The notes under the pieces were generated by a model that searched no databases, had not been told where the DNA came from, and saw nothing but the letters and a program-made list of their open reading frames with translations. Made by a program: the position numbers and the translations under genes. Positions 9,087 to 18,610 of a stretch of 64,000 nucleotides of DNA are shown here, piece after piece; the stretch's first letter is position 1; each line of letters begins with the position of its first letter. Origin of the DNA: an uncultured Clostridia bacterium (GTDB lineage: Bacteria; Bacillota; Clostridia; TANB77; CAG-465); contig CAKPJL010000001.1 of assembly GCA_934162655.1 (NCBI GenBank), forward strand, positions 15,417-79,416, in the 5' to 3' direction.

Positions 9087-9698
9087 CTATATATCTAGTA
9101 TGACTTTTTCTGGATGATTTGATGCATCCACTGTTTTTAAAAGTCCTGCATTTTTATAATAATTTATAATATCAGAAGAATTTTTCTTATAAGTTTCTAT
9201 TCTTGCTTTTAAAGTTTCCTTTGTATCATCTGTTCTTATAAGTAGATTTCCTCCACAATCATCGCATACATTTTCAACTTTTGAAGGGAAATCTATACCA
9301 TATGATTTTCCACATTTTTCACATTTTTTTCTTTCTAGAATTCTTCTAAAAGCAAGTTCATCTTCAACGACAAGCTCAAAAACCTTTGTAACTTCTTTTC
9401 CTTCTTCTTTTAACATTTTATCAAGTTCATGAACTTGTGTTATCGTTCTTGGATAACCATCAAGTATAAATCCATTCTTACAATCTTCTTGTCTTATTCT
9501 ATTTCTTAACATATTTGTTATATCTTCATCAGATATTAACATACCTTTTGATAATTTTTCTGCTATTTTTTCGTCACTTATTGCAGCCTCTCTTAACATA
9601 TCACCTGTTGAAATGTGTGGAATGTTTAAATGCTTAGCTAAAATGTCAGATCTTGTTCCCTTTCCTGTTGCAGGTCCACCCATAAATATATAAACCAT
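9087..9698 (-). CDS. adk: Adenylate kinase with Zn-ribbon lid
   Basis: P-loop GGPATGKGT, HISTGDMLREA, GFILDGYPRT, and lid CEKCGKSY...CDDCGGNLLIRTDD. Confidence 0.9.
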   Translation of the reverse strand: MVYIFMGGPATGKGTRSDILAKHLNIPHISTGDMLREAAISDEKIAEKLSKGMLISDEDITNMLRNRIRQEDCKNGFILDGYPRTITQVHELDKMLKEEGKEVTKVFELVVEDELAFRRILERKKCEKCGKSYGIDFPSKVENVCDDCGGNLLIRTDDTKETLKARIETYKKNSSDIINYYKNAGLLKTVDASNHPEKVILDI

Positions 9699-9788
9699 TT
9701 TTATTCCCCCTTAATTTAACGAAAATATTTTACCATAAAATATGAGTAAAATAAAGTGATTTTTACATTTTTTTCAATTATTAAATAA

Positions 9789-12428
9789 TTATTCATATAT
9801 AGATATGTTTTTAACGCCGTTTTTACCTAAATTTTTCATACGAGCTCTTAATAACATTCTTCTTCCATCAGCAGTTTTAGTATATACTAAATCATGCTCA
9901 CCTATTTTTTGTCTAAAATACTTAGAAAATACCTGTGCAAATTCTTTTTTTGTTGAAAGTACATTTGGTACATTATAATAATCATTTATTTGTTTTAAAT
10001 TTTTATTTAGTCTTGCAATAATATATCTTTGATTATCTGTCTTAGAAAACACTTCATTTAAAGCGGTAGTAAAAATATTTGCCTCACTAGTTGTAGCACC
10101 TGTAATATAACACATTATATAATTTTCTTCCTTTAACATTTTTATCTTTATTTTACTTTTAGGGGTTTTTATAAATTTACATCTATAAAGTGAGTCAAGT
10201 GTAACCTCACTAACTAACCTAATATACCTTTCAGGTTTTCCTTTAATAAACATATTTATACACTTTACTGCTAAATAAATCCCTATAAAAGATAGCACAA
10301 GTTTAAATATAAAAGGCATTTTAAGTAAAATACCTAGTATTAAAACTATAAAAAATATAGTGCTAGCTACCACAAAAGATTTATTTATAAACCATATCGC
10401 TTCTGGCTTTACATTTGTAACTTTTGTATTTGAAGGAATTATATTTAATTCATTATTTCCTTCTAATGAACTTTTCCATTTATCTGCCATTTTTGTTCTA
10501 TTTGTAGCCATTCTTTTCATAAACTCATTTGCCATTTCTACTCTACTTTTATTAAACGGAGGTGATACTTTATCCCCTAATCTATAAATTCCACTTGTTA
10601 TAACATTTGTGTCATAAGAAATACCAGGATACGCCTTAAATCTTTTTTTTAGCATTTCATAATCAGGATTAAAATAGTTAGTATCTTCATCATTTACACA
10701 AACAAGATGCCAAATATTAGAAGTCTTATTTTCATCCTTACTATTTGTTCTAATTGCTCTTCCTCTCATTTGGTTAGAAAGCATAAATGATCCAACAAAA
10801 GATGCTAAAACTAAACAATTAATGCTTGGTTCGTCCCATCCTTCACCAAGTAATGCCTTTGTTCCAATTATAACATTAATAATTCCGTTTGCAAAAAGTT
10901 TTGATATCATATTCATAACTTTATTTCTTAATGTATCTGGGACATTTACTATTAAATAATCCTCATTTACATGCTCATAGCTTACTTTATTATAATCAAG
11001 CTTTTGTGTAACAAAAAGGCCATATAAATTTTCTTTTGCCTCTTTTGGAATTACAAATATCTTACCAGTAAGAACTGCTGCTTTTACATCATTATAACTA
11101 TTTATTAATTTGTTAAATATAGGAAATACTCCAATTTTATCTACATTTTCCTCACTGTTTGATATGTATTCTTTTCTAATGTAATCTGTTAAAATTACCA
11201 TTCTTAAATTATCTTTTAGATCATTTTTTTCTATTTCATATATTTTTGATATACTATTTAATTTTCCTTTACTATTTATGAAGTAATCTTGAAGAGTTTT
11301 ATTAAAAGAAAGTGATATAGTACCATTTTCAATAACTCCTAGCATATTTAGTTTTCTTTCAAGCTCTGCTATATCCCCCTCTATATCTTTATAGCTTTTT
11401 CTATCATTTAATACTATATTTTTTAATAATATCTCAAGCCATTTAACATCTAGACTTGGTATATTCTGACTAACATCTCCAAGTATTTTTATATTATCTT
11501 TTGGAATTTCTACTTTTGCATCATTTAAATATATAAGCATAGAACTATAATAAGAAATATTTTCTAGTAGCTCTTCCTCATTTTCATATGGATATTTTAT
11601 ATACCTATGTGACAATATAGAATTTTTTATTTTGTCGTTTTTTCTTATGTCATTTCCTAAATCCTCTAATTCTTTTTTATATTTTTCTATCTTTTCTTTT
11701 TGTTCTTCTTCTATTATATTAAAAAATATATAATCTTGGTGTGGACACAGATTTTTAGCTTTAACAAGCTCTGGAACTGTTACATAAGCATCAATTTCTC
11801 CACAAAGGTCAATATACTTTTTCCATTCTGTATATTTGCTATCATATGGAGGCGTGGCTGTAAGAGATATAATATTAATGTTGCCAAGTTCTTCAATTAC
11901 ATCTTTTAAAGAATTCCACCATGCTGATTTTAAGTGGTGTGCTTCATCTAAGATTATAGTAGATATCTTTTTATCTTTTATCTCTTTTATTATATCATAT
12001 TGTTTTATTAAGCTTATATCTTTTAGCTCCTCTTCTTCTTTTACTATATCATCTGTATCCTCTACACTAGAATATGTATCTTTACACTTTTGCCTTTTAT
12101 ATGCATAATGTAAAGCCTGATAAGTTGCTACATTAAAAAATTTTAAGTCATATATATCCAAACTTACCCAACTCGGGATCTCATTATAAGTCGTAAAAGA
12201 TGATATAAATCTATCTATCCATTGATTTTTTATTGTAATTGTTGGTGAAAGTATTAGAACCGGCTTTTTTAAGTATCTTGCTAATTCTAATCCAAGTATC
12301 GTCTTTCCTGATCCAGGTGCTGCTACAATATGAATTTTCTTATCTTTTATATATTTTTCTACTTGATCTAAAACTCTTTTTTGATAAGGTCTCCATTCAT
12401 ATTTAAATTTCACATCATTACCAAACAT
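9789..12428 (-). CDS. SF2 DEAH-box helicase family protein with two internal transmembrane helices and a C-terminal domain of unknown function
   Basis: Motif I AAPGSGKT, Ia ILSPTITIKNQW, II ILDEAHHL, III SLTATPP, V/VI GEGWDEP...QMRGRAIR. Hydrophobic spans AIWFINKSFVVASTIFFIVLILGILL and MPFIFKLVLSFIGIYLAVKCINMF at roughly aa 673-720. ATG lies 1 nt after the tsaC stop. Confidence 0.75.
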   Translation of the reverse strand: MFGNDVKFKYEWRPYQKRVLDQVEKYIKDKKIHIVAAPGSGKTILGLELARYLKKPVLILSPTITIKNQWIDRFISSFTTYNEIPSWVSLDIYDLKFFNVATYQALHYAYKRQKCKDTYSSVEDTDDIVKEEEELKDISLIKQYDIIKEIKDKKISTIILDEAHHLKSAWWNSLKDVIEELGNINIISLTATPPYDSKYTEWKKYIDLCGEIDAYVTVPELVKAKNLCPHQDYIFFNIIEEEQKEKIEKYKKELEDLGNDIRKNDKIKNSILSHRYIKYPYENEEELLENISYYSSMLIYLNDAKVEIPKDNIKILGDVSQNIPSLDVKWLEILLKNIVLNDRKSYKDIEGDIAELERKLNMLGVIENGTISLSFNKTLQDYFINSKGKLNSISKIYEIEKNDLKDNLRMVILTDYIRKEYISNSEENVDKIGVFPIFNKLINSYNDVKAAVLTGKIFVIPKEAKENLYGLFVTQKLDYNKVSYEHVNEDYLIVNVPDTLRNKVMNMISKLFANGIINVIIGTKALLGEGWDEPSINCLVLASFVGSFMLSNQMRGRAIRTNSKDENKTSNIWHLVCVNDEDTNYFNPDYEMLKKRFKAYPGISYDTNVITSGIYRLGDKVSPPFNKSRVEMANEFMKRMATNRTKMADKWKSSLEGNNELNIIPSNTKVTNVKPEAIWFINKSFVVASTIFFIVLILGILLKMPFIFKLVLSFIGIYLAVKCINMFIKGKPERYIRLVSEVTLDSLYRCKFIKTPKSKIKIKMLKEENYIMCYITGATTSEANIFTTALNEVFSKTDNQRYIIARLNKNLKQINDYYNVPNVLSTKKEFAQVFSKYFRQKIGEHDLVYTKTADGRRMLLRARMKNLGKNGVKNISIYE

Positions 12429-12429
12429 A

Positions 12430-13452
12430 TTATGTCTCCTTATATCTAATCTTACTTAATATATCAGCAATAGCACTATTTAAGTTTAAATTCTTTACAT
12501 CTTCTATTATACATAAATCAAATTTTCCTTTTTCAATCTCTCTTAAATACTTATATATGTTTTTGTTAGCAAAATCACAATTTATGCTACTTCCTAGATC
12601 AAAAAACGAAATATTTTTTGCCGTTTTTCTACTTTTAATACCTTTTATAAAATCATCAAATCCAAGGACTGCAACATTTTTTGTTATATTATTTTCAACC
12701 AATTTATTTAAATCCTCTTGTTTACTAACAAACTTACTAAAAACATTAATATTATATGTCTTATTTTTGACTAGCTCGTCTTGTAATACACTAACTCCCG
12801 TTTTTTGTATTATATCTTCTACTGTTATATATCCTTGTCTTAATACCCTAACATAATTATCATATACTCTAACTATCGTTGACTCTATTCCTATGTGTGC
12901 TTGACCATCATCTATATACATATCAACATCATTTAAAAAATCTTCTCTTATATCTGATATATTTGTACCACTTGGTCTATTTGAAATGTTTGCAGAAGGA
13001 CATGCAATTGGTTTGCCAAGTTTTTCTATTATAGCTAGTGTAATATCATTTTGAGGCATTCTTATCCCAATTGTATCTTTTGAAGCAGTAACAATACTTG
13101 GAATATACTCATTTTTTTCAACTACTAAGGTAAGTGCCCCAGGCCAAAAGCTATCTATTAATTTTTCCGATATATCATTTAATGTTCTCACACATAACCT
13201 TGCCATTTCTTTTGATGAAACTAAAATATTTAAAGCTTTATTTTTGTCTCTTTTCTTTATATCATATAATCTTTTTACACTATTTTTATTTGTTGCATCT
13301 GCTGCTATACCATATACGGTATCTGTCGGTAATACAATAATTCCACCTTGTTCTAAAGTATTTACAGCATTTTCTATAATTTGATTTGTTTTTGAAAAGT
13401 TCAAGTTTTTTTTATCTATATTATCCACTTTTTCCACCTTCACATTAATCAA
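12430..13452 (-). CDS. tsaC: L-threonylcarbamoyladenylate synthase (Sua5/YwlC-type TsaC)
   Basis: GGIIVLPTDTVYGIAADA, FWPGALTLVV, IGIRMP and CPSANISNRPS blocks plus a C-terminal Sua5-like extension. Start uncertain: TTG 13452 from the ORF track, or GTG 13428 preceded by AAGGTGG. Confidence 0.85.
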   Translation of the reverse strand: MINVKVEKVDNIDKKNLNFSKTNQIIENAVNTLEQGGIIVLPTDTVYGIAADATNKNSVKRLYDIKKRDKNKALNILVSSKEMARLCVRTLNDISEKLIDSFWPGALTLVVEKNEYIPSIVTASKDTIGIRMPQNDITLAIIEKLGKPIACPSANISNRPSGTNISDIREDFLNDVDMYIDDGQAHIGIESTIVRVYDNYVRVLRQGYITVEDIIQKTGVSVLQDELVKNKTYNINVFSKFVSKQEDLNKLVENNITKNVAVLGFDDFIKGIKSRKTAKNISFFDLGSSINCDFANKNIYKYLREIEKGKFDLCIIEDVKNLNLNSAIADILSKIRYKET

Positions 13453-13475
13453 ATAAAGTATATCATGATTTTACA

Positions 13476-13510
13476 TAAAAATAAAGTGGAATTTTAAAAA
13501 ATTCCACTTT
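13476..13510 (-). terminator. Rho-independent terminator after the 203-aa gene
   Basis: aaagtggaat/attccacttt 10-bp stem, with TTTATTTTT downstream on the minus strand. Confidence 0.65.
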
Positions 13511-13519
13511 AAAAAGTTT

Positions 13520-14131
13520 TTAGAGCCAATCTATATTTATCACAACACTTTGTTTTATTCCATTATATTGCATTAAAAAATAGGAATCCATCTCATAATA
13601 GTTAAAAATATTAATTAAAGATAATGAAAAATGGTTAAGAACACCAATAACATCATTTTCAAAATATATAGAACTTATATCAGAAAACTTCAAAGCTATC
13701 TCTACTGTAAGATCATCCCTAAATGCTTGATTTAAATGTTTTTGTAAAAGATTTTTATCTTCTCTTGTACGATTAATCGCAGCTAAAATAAGATTTTTTA
13801 TAATTTTTTTAGCAAGTTCTATTTCTTGTGGGGTAACTATATATTTAGCTGCAATATCAGAATCTTTCTTCAAATTATCATCTACCTTGCCTAATAATTT
13901 AACTTCCTGATTAAAAGCCTTATTAATTAAGTCATGGGTCATTTCTTGCGTATTATTATACTTCTTATATGAAGCATCATTTAGACCTATTTGTTCTAAC
14001 ATATCATAGCAATTAAAGCAAGGTTTTATTCCTTCCCTAAAAAAAATAATCTCCCGTAACGCTTCTAATACTGCACCGTACTTTGCCATGTTATAATTAT
14101 AAATTCCTAAGTAAGTTCTAAAATTTTCCAT
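13520..14131 (-). CDS. Hypothetical soluble protein (203 aa)
   Basis: Long ORF with a flanking terminator. No transmembrane segment or motif I recognise. Confidence 0.5.
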   Translation of the reverse strand: MENFRTYLGIYNYNMAKYGAVLEALREIIFFREGIKPCFNCYDMLEQIGLNDASYKKYNNTQEMTHDLINKAFNQEVKLLGKVDDNLKKDSDIAAKYIVTPQEIELAKKIIKNLILAAINRTREDKNLLQKHLNQAFRDDLTVEIALKFSDISSIYFENDVIGVLNHFSLSLINIFNYYEMDSYFLMQYNGIKQSVVINIDWL

Positions 14132-14207
14132 AAAGCACCTCTTAAATTATTTTTTGGTCTAACATTACAAACTGCTTCAAATTATATCATATACTAACAT
14201 AAAAGTC

Positions 14208-14240
14208 AAAAAAGGTAGTAGATGATATATACCTACTACC
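14208..14240 (-). terminator. Rho-independent terminator after hpf
   Basis: ggtagtag/ctactacc stem. The plus-strand A6 upstream gives a U-run on the minus strand. Confidence 0.65.
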
Positions 14241-14248
14241 AAAAGATA

Positions 14249-14572
14249 CTATTCATTTTCAGGTGTTTCAACCTTATCATACCTCTTATTTTCTTTTGAA
14301 TCTTTTTCTTTTCTAATTTGTGCCTCTATTTTAGAAATTACTGCCTCTATACCATAATATAAATCTTCTGCTTTTTCTCTTGCCAAATAAGTATGAGATT
14401 TATATTCAATACGAATGTCAACATCATGAGTTCCATTCTTCTTATCTGTGAAAGTTAAATGACAAATTGTTGAATCATCAAAAAATTTATCTAGTTTTTT
14501 TACTTTCTTTTCAGCAAAACTTCTAATTGCATCTGTAACATCTATACGAAGTCCTGTTAAATCTAATATCAT
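14249..14572 (-). CDS. hpf: Ribosome hibernation factor, short form (RaiA/HPF S30AE domain only, 107 aa)
   Basis: MILDLTGLRIDVTDAIRSFAEKKVKKLDKFF...VDIRIEY...YLAREKAEDLYYGIEAVISKIEAQIRK. Start trimmed to ATG 14572 after GAGGTGA. Confidence 0.85.
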   Translation of the reverse strand: MILDLTGLRIDVTDAIRSFAEKKVKKLDKFFDDSTICHLTFTDKKNGTHDVDIRIEYKSHTYLAREKAEDLYYGIEAVISKIEAQIRKEKDSKENKRYDKVETPENE

Positions 14573-14603
14573 ATTATTCACCTCATACAAAGATTTTATA
14601 ACA

Positions 14604-15776
14604 TTATTTTTGTTTTTGCAATACATTACTATTAAATTGATTAATTTTCTCTTTTATAATTGCACAAATTAGTGTTATAATCATTGGTGCAATTATTCCA
14701 AATAAAATAATGTAAAAATAATATTTTTTTAGCTGTTCAGTAAATAAAACTGAGGACTTAAAAAAGTTATTAGTAAAAATCAAAATTAATATGCAAACAA
14801 TATAACTTATAATTGCCTCATAACTTTCTTTGTATTCCTTACCTTGCCTATTATATATATATCTAACAAATTTATTTATACTAATGTAAATAAAATACAC
14901 CATTACGGTTAAGGTTACAAATGTGTTCAATATAAATTGTAGTGAGAGGGTGTTTTCAACACGCTCTATAATAGAAAACAGCGAGAATTCTTGCAATGTT
15001 AAATATTCTGGATATTTAAATATCTCAAGAAGATTTTCCCCAAGTGTCATGATAGTACATAAAATTATTACAATTATAAATATATTTGCAAGTATATAAG
15101 TAATAAAAACTTTTTTTGTGTTTTCATTATCCTTATGCACTTTAGAATTTGGTATTATAGTAAGTAAAAACATTGTAAACATTCCACATACTGCATATAT
15201 CAAAGAAGAACTTATTAAGCTTCTAATATCACAATTTAATATAGGATAAATTCTTTCTATTCTAAATTTAGGAAATATTCCAATTATTGAAAGTATAAAA
15301 AATAGCACATTTAGGACTATTATAACATTTCCAGCTCTCATGATAGCAAATATCTTTTTTGAAGATGTGTAAGCCACCACACACAAAAGTAAAATTTTAA
15401 TATAAGAAAGTGCTGTTTCCATTAGATAATTTGTATTAACAAACATTATTATATTTTCAAAAAACACGCATGCTACAAAAAATATAGATAAATTTAGCAC
15501 TATATTTACTACATTTCCAAAAAATTTTCCAAATACTTGGATATTATAATCTATAATGTCTTTTTCCTTTGCCATTTTCTTTATTTTTATAAAAGAAAAT
15601 AGAAATAAAAAACCTACGCAAAATCCTATTACACATGCAAAAAATGTATTTTGTTTTAATTGTTGAAACATTAAAAATGAAGTAAGTCCCAAAAAACTAG
15701 AAGCGATCATTAAAAACATTATAGAAAGGTATGATAGCTCATATATTTTTTGATTTTCCCTTTTATTTTTTACCAT
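14604..15776 (-). CDS. Spore germination receptor B subunit (GerAB/GerKB permease-like family)
   Basis: 390 aa with about 10 hydrophobic spans. Last gene of an A-C-B operon; overlaps the C-subunit stop by 7 nt. Confidence 0.75.
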   Translation of the reverse strand: MVKNKRENQKIYELSYLSIMFLMIASSFLGLTSFLMFQQLKQNTFFACVIGFCVGFLFLFSFIKIKKMAKEKDIIDYNIQVFGKFFGNVVNIVLNLSIFFVACVFFENIIMFVNTNYLMETALSYIKILLLCVVAYTSSKKIFAIMRAGNVIIVLNVLFFILSIIGIFPKFRIERIYPILNCDIRSLISSSLIYAVCGMFTMFLLTIIPNSKVHKDNENTKKVFITYILANIFIIVIILCTIMTLGENLLEIFKYPEYLTLQEFSLFSIIERVENTLSLQFILNTFVTLTVMVYFIYISINKFVRYIYNRQGKEYKESYEAIISYIVCILILIFTNNFFKSSVLFTEQLKKYYFYIILFGIIAPMIITLICAIIKEKINQFNSNVLQKQK

Positions 15777-16969
15777 TGTTTTTTAACACCTCCTAAATTA
15801 GGAATTGTTACATTTATGTCTATATCATAAGTAATGTCATTATATATTTTTGTATAAAATACATCCTTTACAGACATATAGTATTTATTCTCATATCTAT
15901 AAAATAAGTTTCCAATCTGAATTATATCTGAATTATACTTTTTTCTACAATTATTTATATAATTATTTATATGATTTATCATTTTTTGTTTTATTCTGTT
16001 TTCTATATCTCCCAAATCATTTTCATCTTCAATTTTTATATTTTGGCCTATTTCTGTTATATTGCACACCATCTTTAAATCGATTTTTACATTTGGTATT
16101 TGTTCCTTTATGCTTGGTGTCATTTTAGAATTTGCATCTATTACCTCGATAACTATTCTATCTTGTTTTTCTCCTAGTTGAATAAGTGTAGTTTTTAATT
16201 CGTTTTGCAGTATATTATATGTTATATTGTCATTTTCTTCTAGATATCCTTTAATTTCATAGCCTTTAAAATATGCCATATCAGATATTTTTATTTTATA
16301 TGATTTGTCTTTTTTACTTTCTTCTTCTTTTTCTTTTTCATCTTCTTTACTATTATTTATTTCATCTTCTACCAATTCTATTGAATTAATTACAACTTCT
16401 TGGCCTTCACCTAAAAATTTTCTTAAATTATCATTTAATAAGTCATCTGTCGAATTCCCTCTATATTTATATAAGTTTAATATAGATTTCCTTATTTCAG
16501 TTGCAAAATCATTAGTTTTTGCTGCCATTTTCTCCATCACCTCATTTGGTGTAGAATCTTTTGTAACAACCATTACGAAGTTATTACCACCCTCATAATC
16601 TCTTATAAAATAGTCAAGTGTGTCCATCATTCTTTCTTTGGCTAATTTTTCTGATACCATAACCAGTTTTACATGTGCAAGATATAATCTTTTTGGTGAT
16701 TCTTTTATAATGTTTCTTAAAGCCTCTTGTATACTCTTTTCCTTAATTTTATACATAAATAGAGTTGAAAGTTCTTTCTCACTTACCTGTTGTGAAGCAT
16801 CACCTGTTTTTTTAGTATTTAGAATGTTTACACATACTTCATACTGACCATCTTCTGCTATATCTATACCTATACATGAAACTATTGATAATTTATTTAA
16901 CTCTCTCTCATTTGCAAGACCATTAAAAAGGAACATCACAATTAGAATTATTATTAAAATTTTTTTCAT
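15770..16969 (-). CDS. Spore germination receptor C subunit (Ger(x)C family) lacking the lipobox Cys
   Basis: N-terminal signal-like helix followed by ERELNKLSIVSCIGIDI, which corresponds to the canonical CW..EI..LAIV.A.GID block. Size and operon position fit Ger(x)C. Confidence 0.75.
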   Translation of the reverse strand: MKKILIIILIVMFLFNGLANERELNKLSIVSCIGIDIAEDGQYEVCVNILNTKKTGDASQQVSEKELSTLFMYKIKEKSIQEALRNIIKESPKRLYLAHVKLVMVSEKLAKERMMDTLDYFIRDYEGGNNFVMVVTKDSTPNEVMEKMAAKTNDFATEIRKSILNLYKYRGNSTDDLLNDNLRKFLGEGQEVVINSIELVEDEINNSKEDEKEKEEESKKDKSYKIKISDMAYFKGYEIKGYLEENDNITYNILQNELKTTLIQLGEKQDRIVIEVIDANSKMTPSIKEQIPNVKIDLKMVCNITEIGQNIKIEDENDLGDIENRIKQKMINHINNYINNCRKKYNSDIIQIGNLFYRYENKYYMSVKDVFYTKIYNDITYDIDINVTIPNLGGVKKQW

Positions 16970-16976
16970 GTTTCAC

Positions 16977-18548
16977 CTACTTTTTTATCTTCATTTTAGT
17001 TATATTATTAGTTAAAATATGTTGCCTTTTATTATCATCATAAAAATTTTTCCTAGAAATCACTTCTTCTTTAAGAACTGACAATTCCATTGGAGCTATT
17101 GGATACATAAAAGGTTTATCTTCACTAGATATATCACACAGTTTTATTATTAAAAATATAGTACAAATTCCAATTCCATAAAGTCCTGCAACAGATGAAA
17201 ATATTAAAAATATTAGTCTCCAAGATCTAAGAGCATTTACCATATTTATATCTGAAAACATAAGTCCAGAAATCATAGTAACCGCTATTACAATTATCAT
17301 GATTGGTGATACTATTCCAGCACTAACTGCTGCATCTCCAAGAATTAAAGCTCCAACGATAGAAAGTGTATTTCCTGTTGCATTTGGCACCCTATAATCT
17401 GTTTCTCTTAGTATTTCAAATGAGAGAATCATTAAAATTCCTTCAAAAAATGCAGGAAATGGTACCCCATCACGCTGTATAGCAAAAGATATTAAAAGAT
17501 CTGTTGGTATTGATTCTTGATCAAATGTTATTAGTGCTACATAAAAAGCAGGAGTAACAAGTGTCAAAATAAAAGCTATATATCTTACAATTCTTGTTAA
17601 AAAAGTATTAGTATTTAGCAAATATTTATCATCAATATTATTTATAAAGTCTGTTAAAAAAGCTGGTAAAATAAGTACAAATGGACTATTTTCTATAATT
17701 AATGCAATTCTTCCTTGAAGTAAAAAATTACATACTATATCTGGTTTTTCTGTTGATATAATTGTTGGAAAATCAGATTTTCTTTTTTGTATTAATAATT
17801 CTATTATTTGATTTGAATTTATAATTCCATCAATATCTATTTTATCAAGTTTAGCTTTTATAGTATTTACAATTTCTTTTTTCGCTATATTTGATATATA
17901 CATAATTCCTATTTTTGTTTTAGTGCATCTTCCAAGCTTTTTTTCTTCTAGTAAAAGTTTTTCTGTTTTTAGTCTTTTTCTAATCAAACCAACATTTGTT
18001 ATATAGCCTTCAATAAATGAATCTTTTGGACCTTTTACATTATTTTCAGTAGTTGGTACATTTATCGTTCTATCCAGTCCCTTTTTAGTTTCAAGTGCTA
18101 AAATATCTCCCCTATAAATTAAAAGAGAAAATCCCGAAAAAAGATAATAAAAAATATCATCTTTTTTTACATCAATTTCTTTAACATTATTTATAGATAT
18201 CTTCTCTAAGATATACTTTAATACCAAATTTAAATCACTAGTATCATCTTTATTTTGTGTTTTATTTTCGATATACTTTTTCCATTTTAACTTTTTATCA
18301 TCTTTTTTTATGTTTGATTTTTCACCTAAAAAGTCCTCTGCATCTAACATATTTAGCTCTTCTATACTTTTTATAACATAATTTGATATTAAATCAGTTG
18401 AGCAAAGTGAATCTACAAATACTAAATCAATAAAATCATCTCTAAATTTGAGCTTTCTATAACTCATATCTTCAATTAAATTAGTATTTTTTTTGATATA
18501 ATCTATTATATTTTTATTTTTTAATTTATCTAAATTCTCACTATTCAT
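16977..18548 (-). CDS. Spore germination receptor A subunit (GerAA/GerKA family)
   Basis: PTIISTEKPDIVCNFLLQGRIALIIENSPFVLILPAFLTDF block and C-terminal membrane spans typical of the GerA family. Confidence 0.85.
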   Translation of the reverse strand: MNSENLDKLKNKNIIDYIKKNTNLIEDMSYRKLKFRDDFIDLVFVDSLCSTDLISNYVIKSIEELNMLDAEDFLGEKSNIKKDDKKLKWKKYIENKTQNKDDTSDLNLVLKYILEKISINNVKEIDVKKDDIFYYLFSGFSLLIYRGDILALETKKGLDRTINVPTTENNVKGPKDSFIEGYITNVGLIRKRLKTEKLLLEEKKLGRCTKTKIGIMYISNIAKKEIVNTIKAKLDKIDIDGIINSNQIIELLIQKRKSDFPTIISTEKPDIVCNFLLQGRIALIIENSPFVLILPAFLTDFINNIDDKYLLNTNTFLTRIVRYIAFILTLVTPAFYVALITFDQESIPTDLLISFAIQRDGVPFPAFFEGILMILSFEILRETDYRVPNATGNTLSIVGALILGDAAVSAGIVSPIMIIVIAVTMISGLMFSDINMVNALRSWRLIFLIFSSVAGLYGIGICTIFLIIKLCDISSEDKPFMYPIAPMELSVLKEEVISRKNFYDDNKRQHILTNNITKMKIKK

Positions 18549-18580
18549 AAAAAACTCCTATAATTAGTATTGGTTATAAC

Positions 18581-18609
18581 AAAAAAAAAATACAAGATTT
18601 AACTTGTAT
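18581..18609 (-). terminator. Rho-independent terminator after ccdA
   Basis: atacaag/cttgtat stem. The plus-strand A10 (18581-18590) gives a U-run on the minus strand. Confidence 0.6.
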
Positions 18610-18610
18610 T

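Noticed and set aside
9789-12428. Calling the helicase a phage-defence or type III restriction (Res) protein
   Set aside because: There is no adjacent methyltransferase, nuclease, ATPase or other partner. It is embedded between tsaC and adk with tight coupling. The evidence supports only an SF2 helicase of unknown role.
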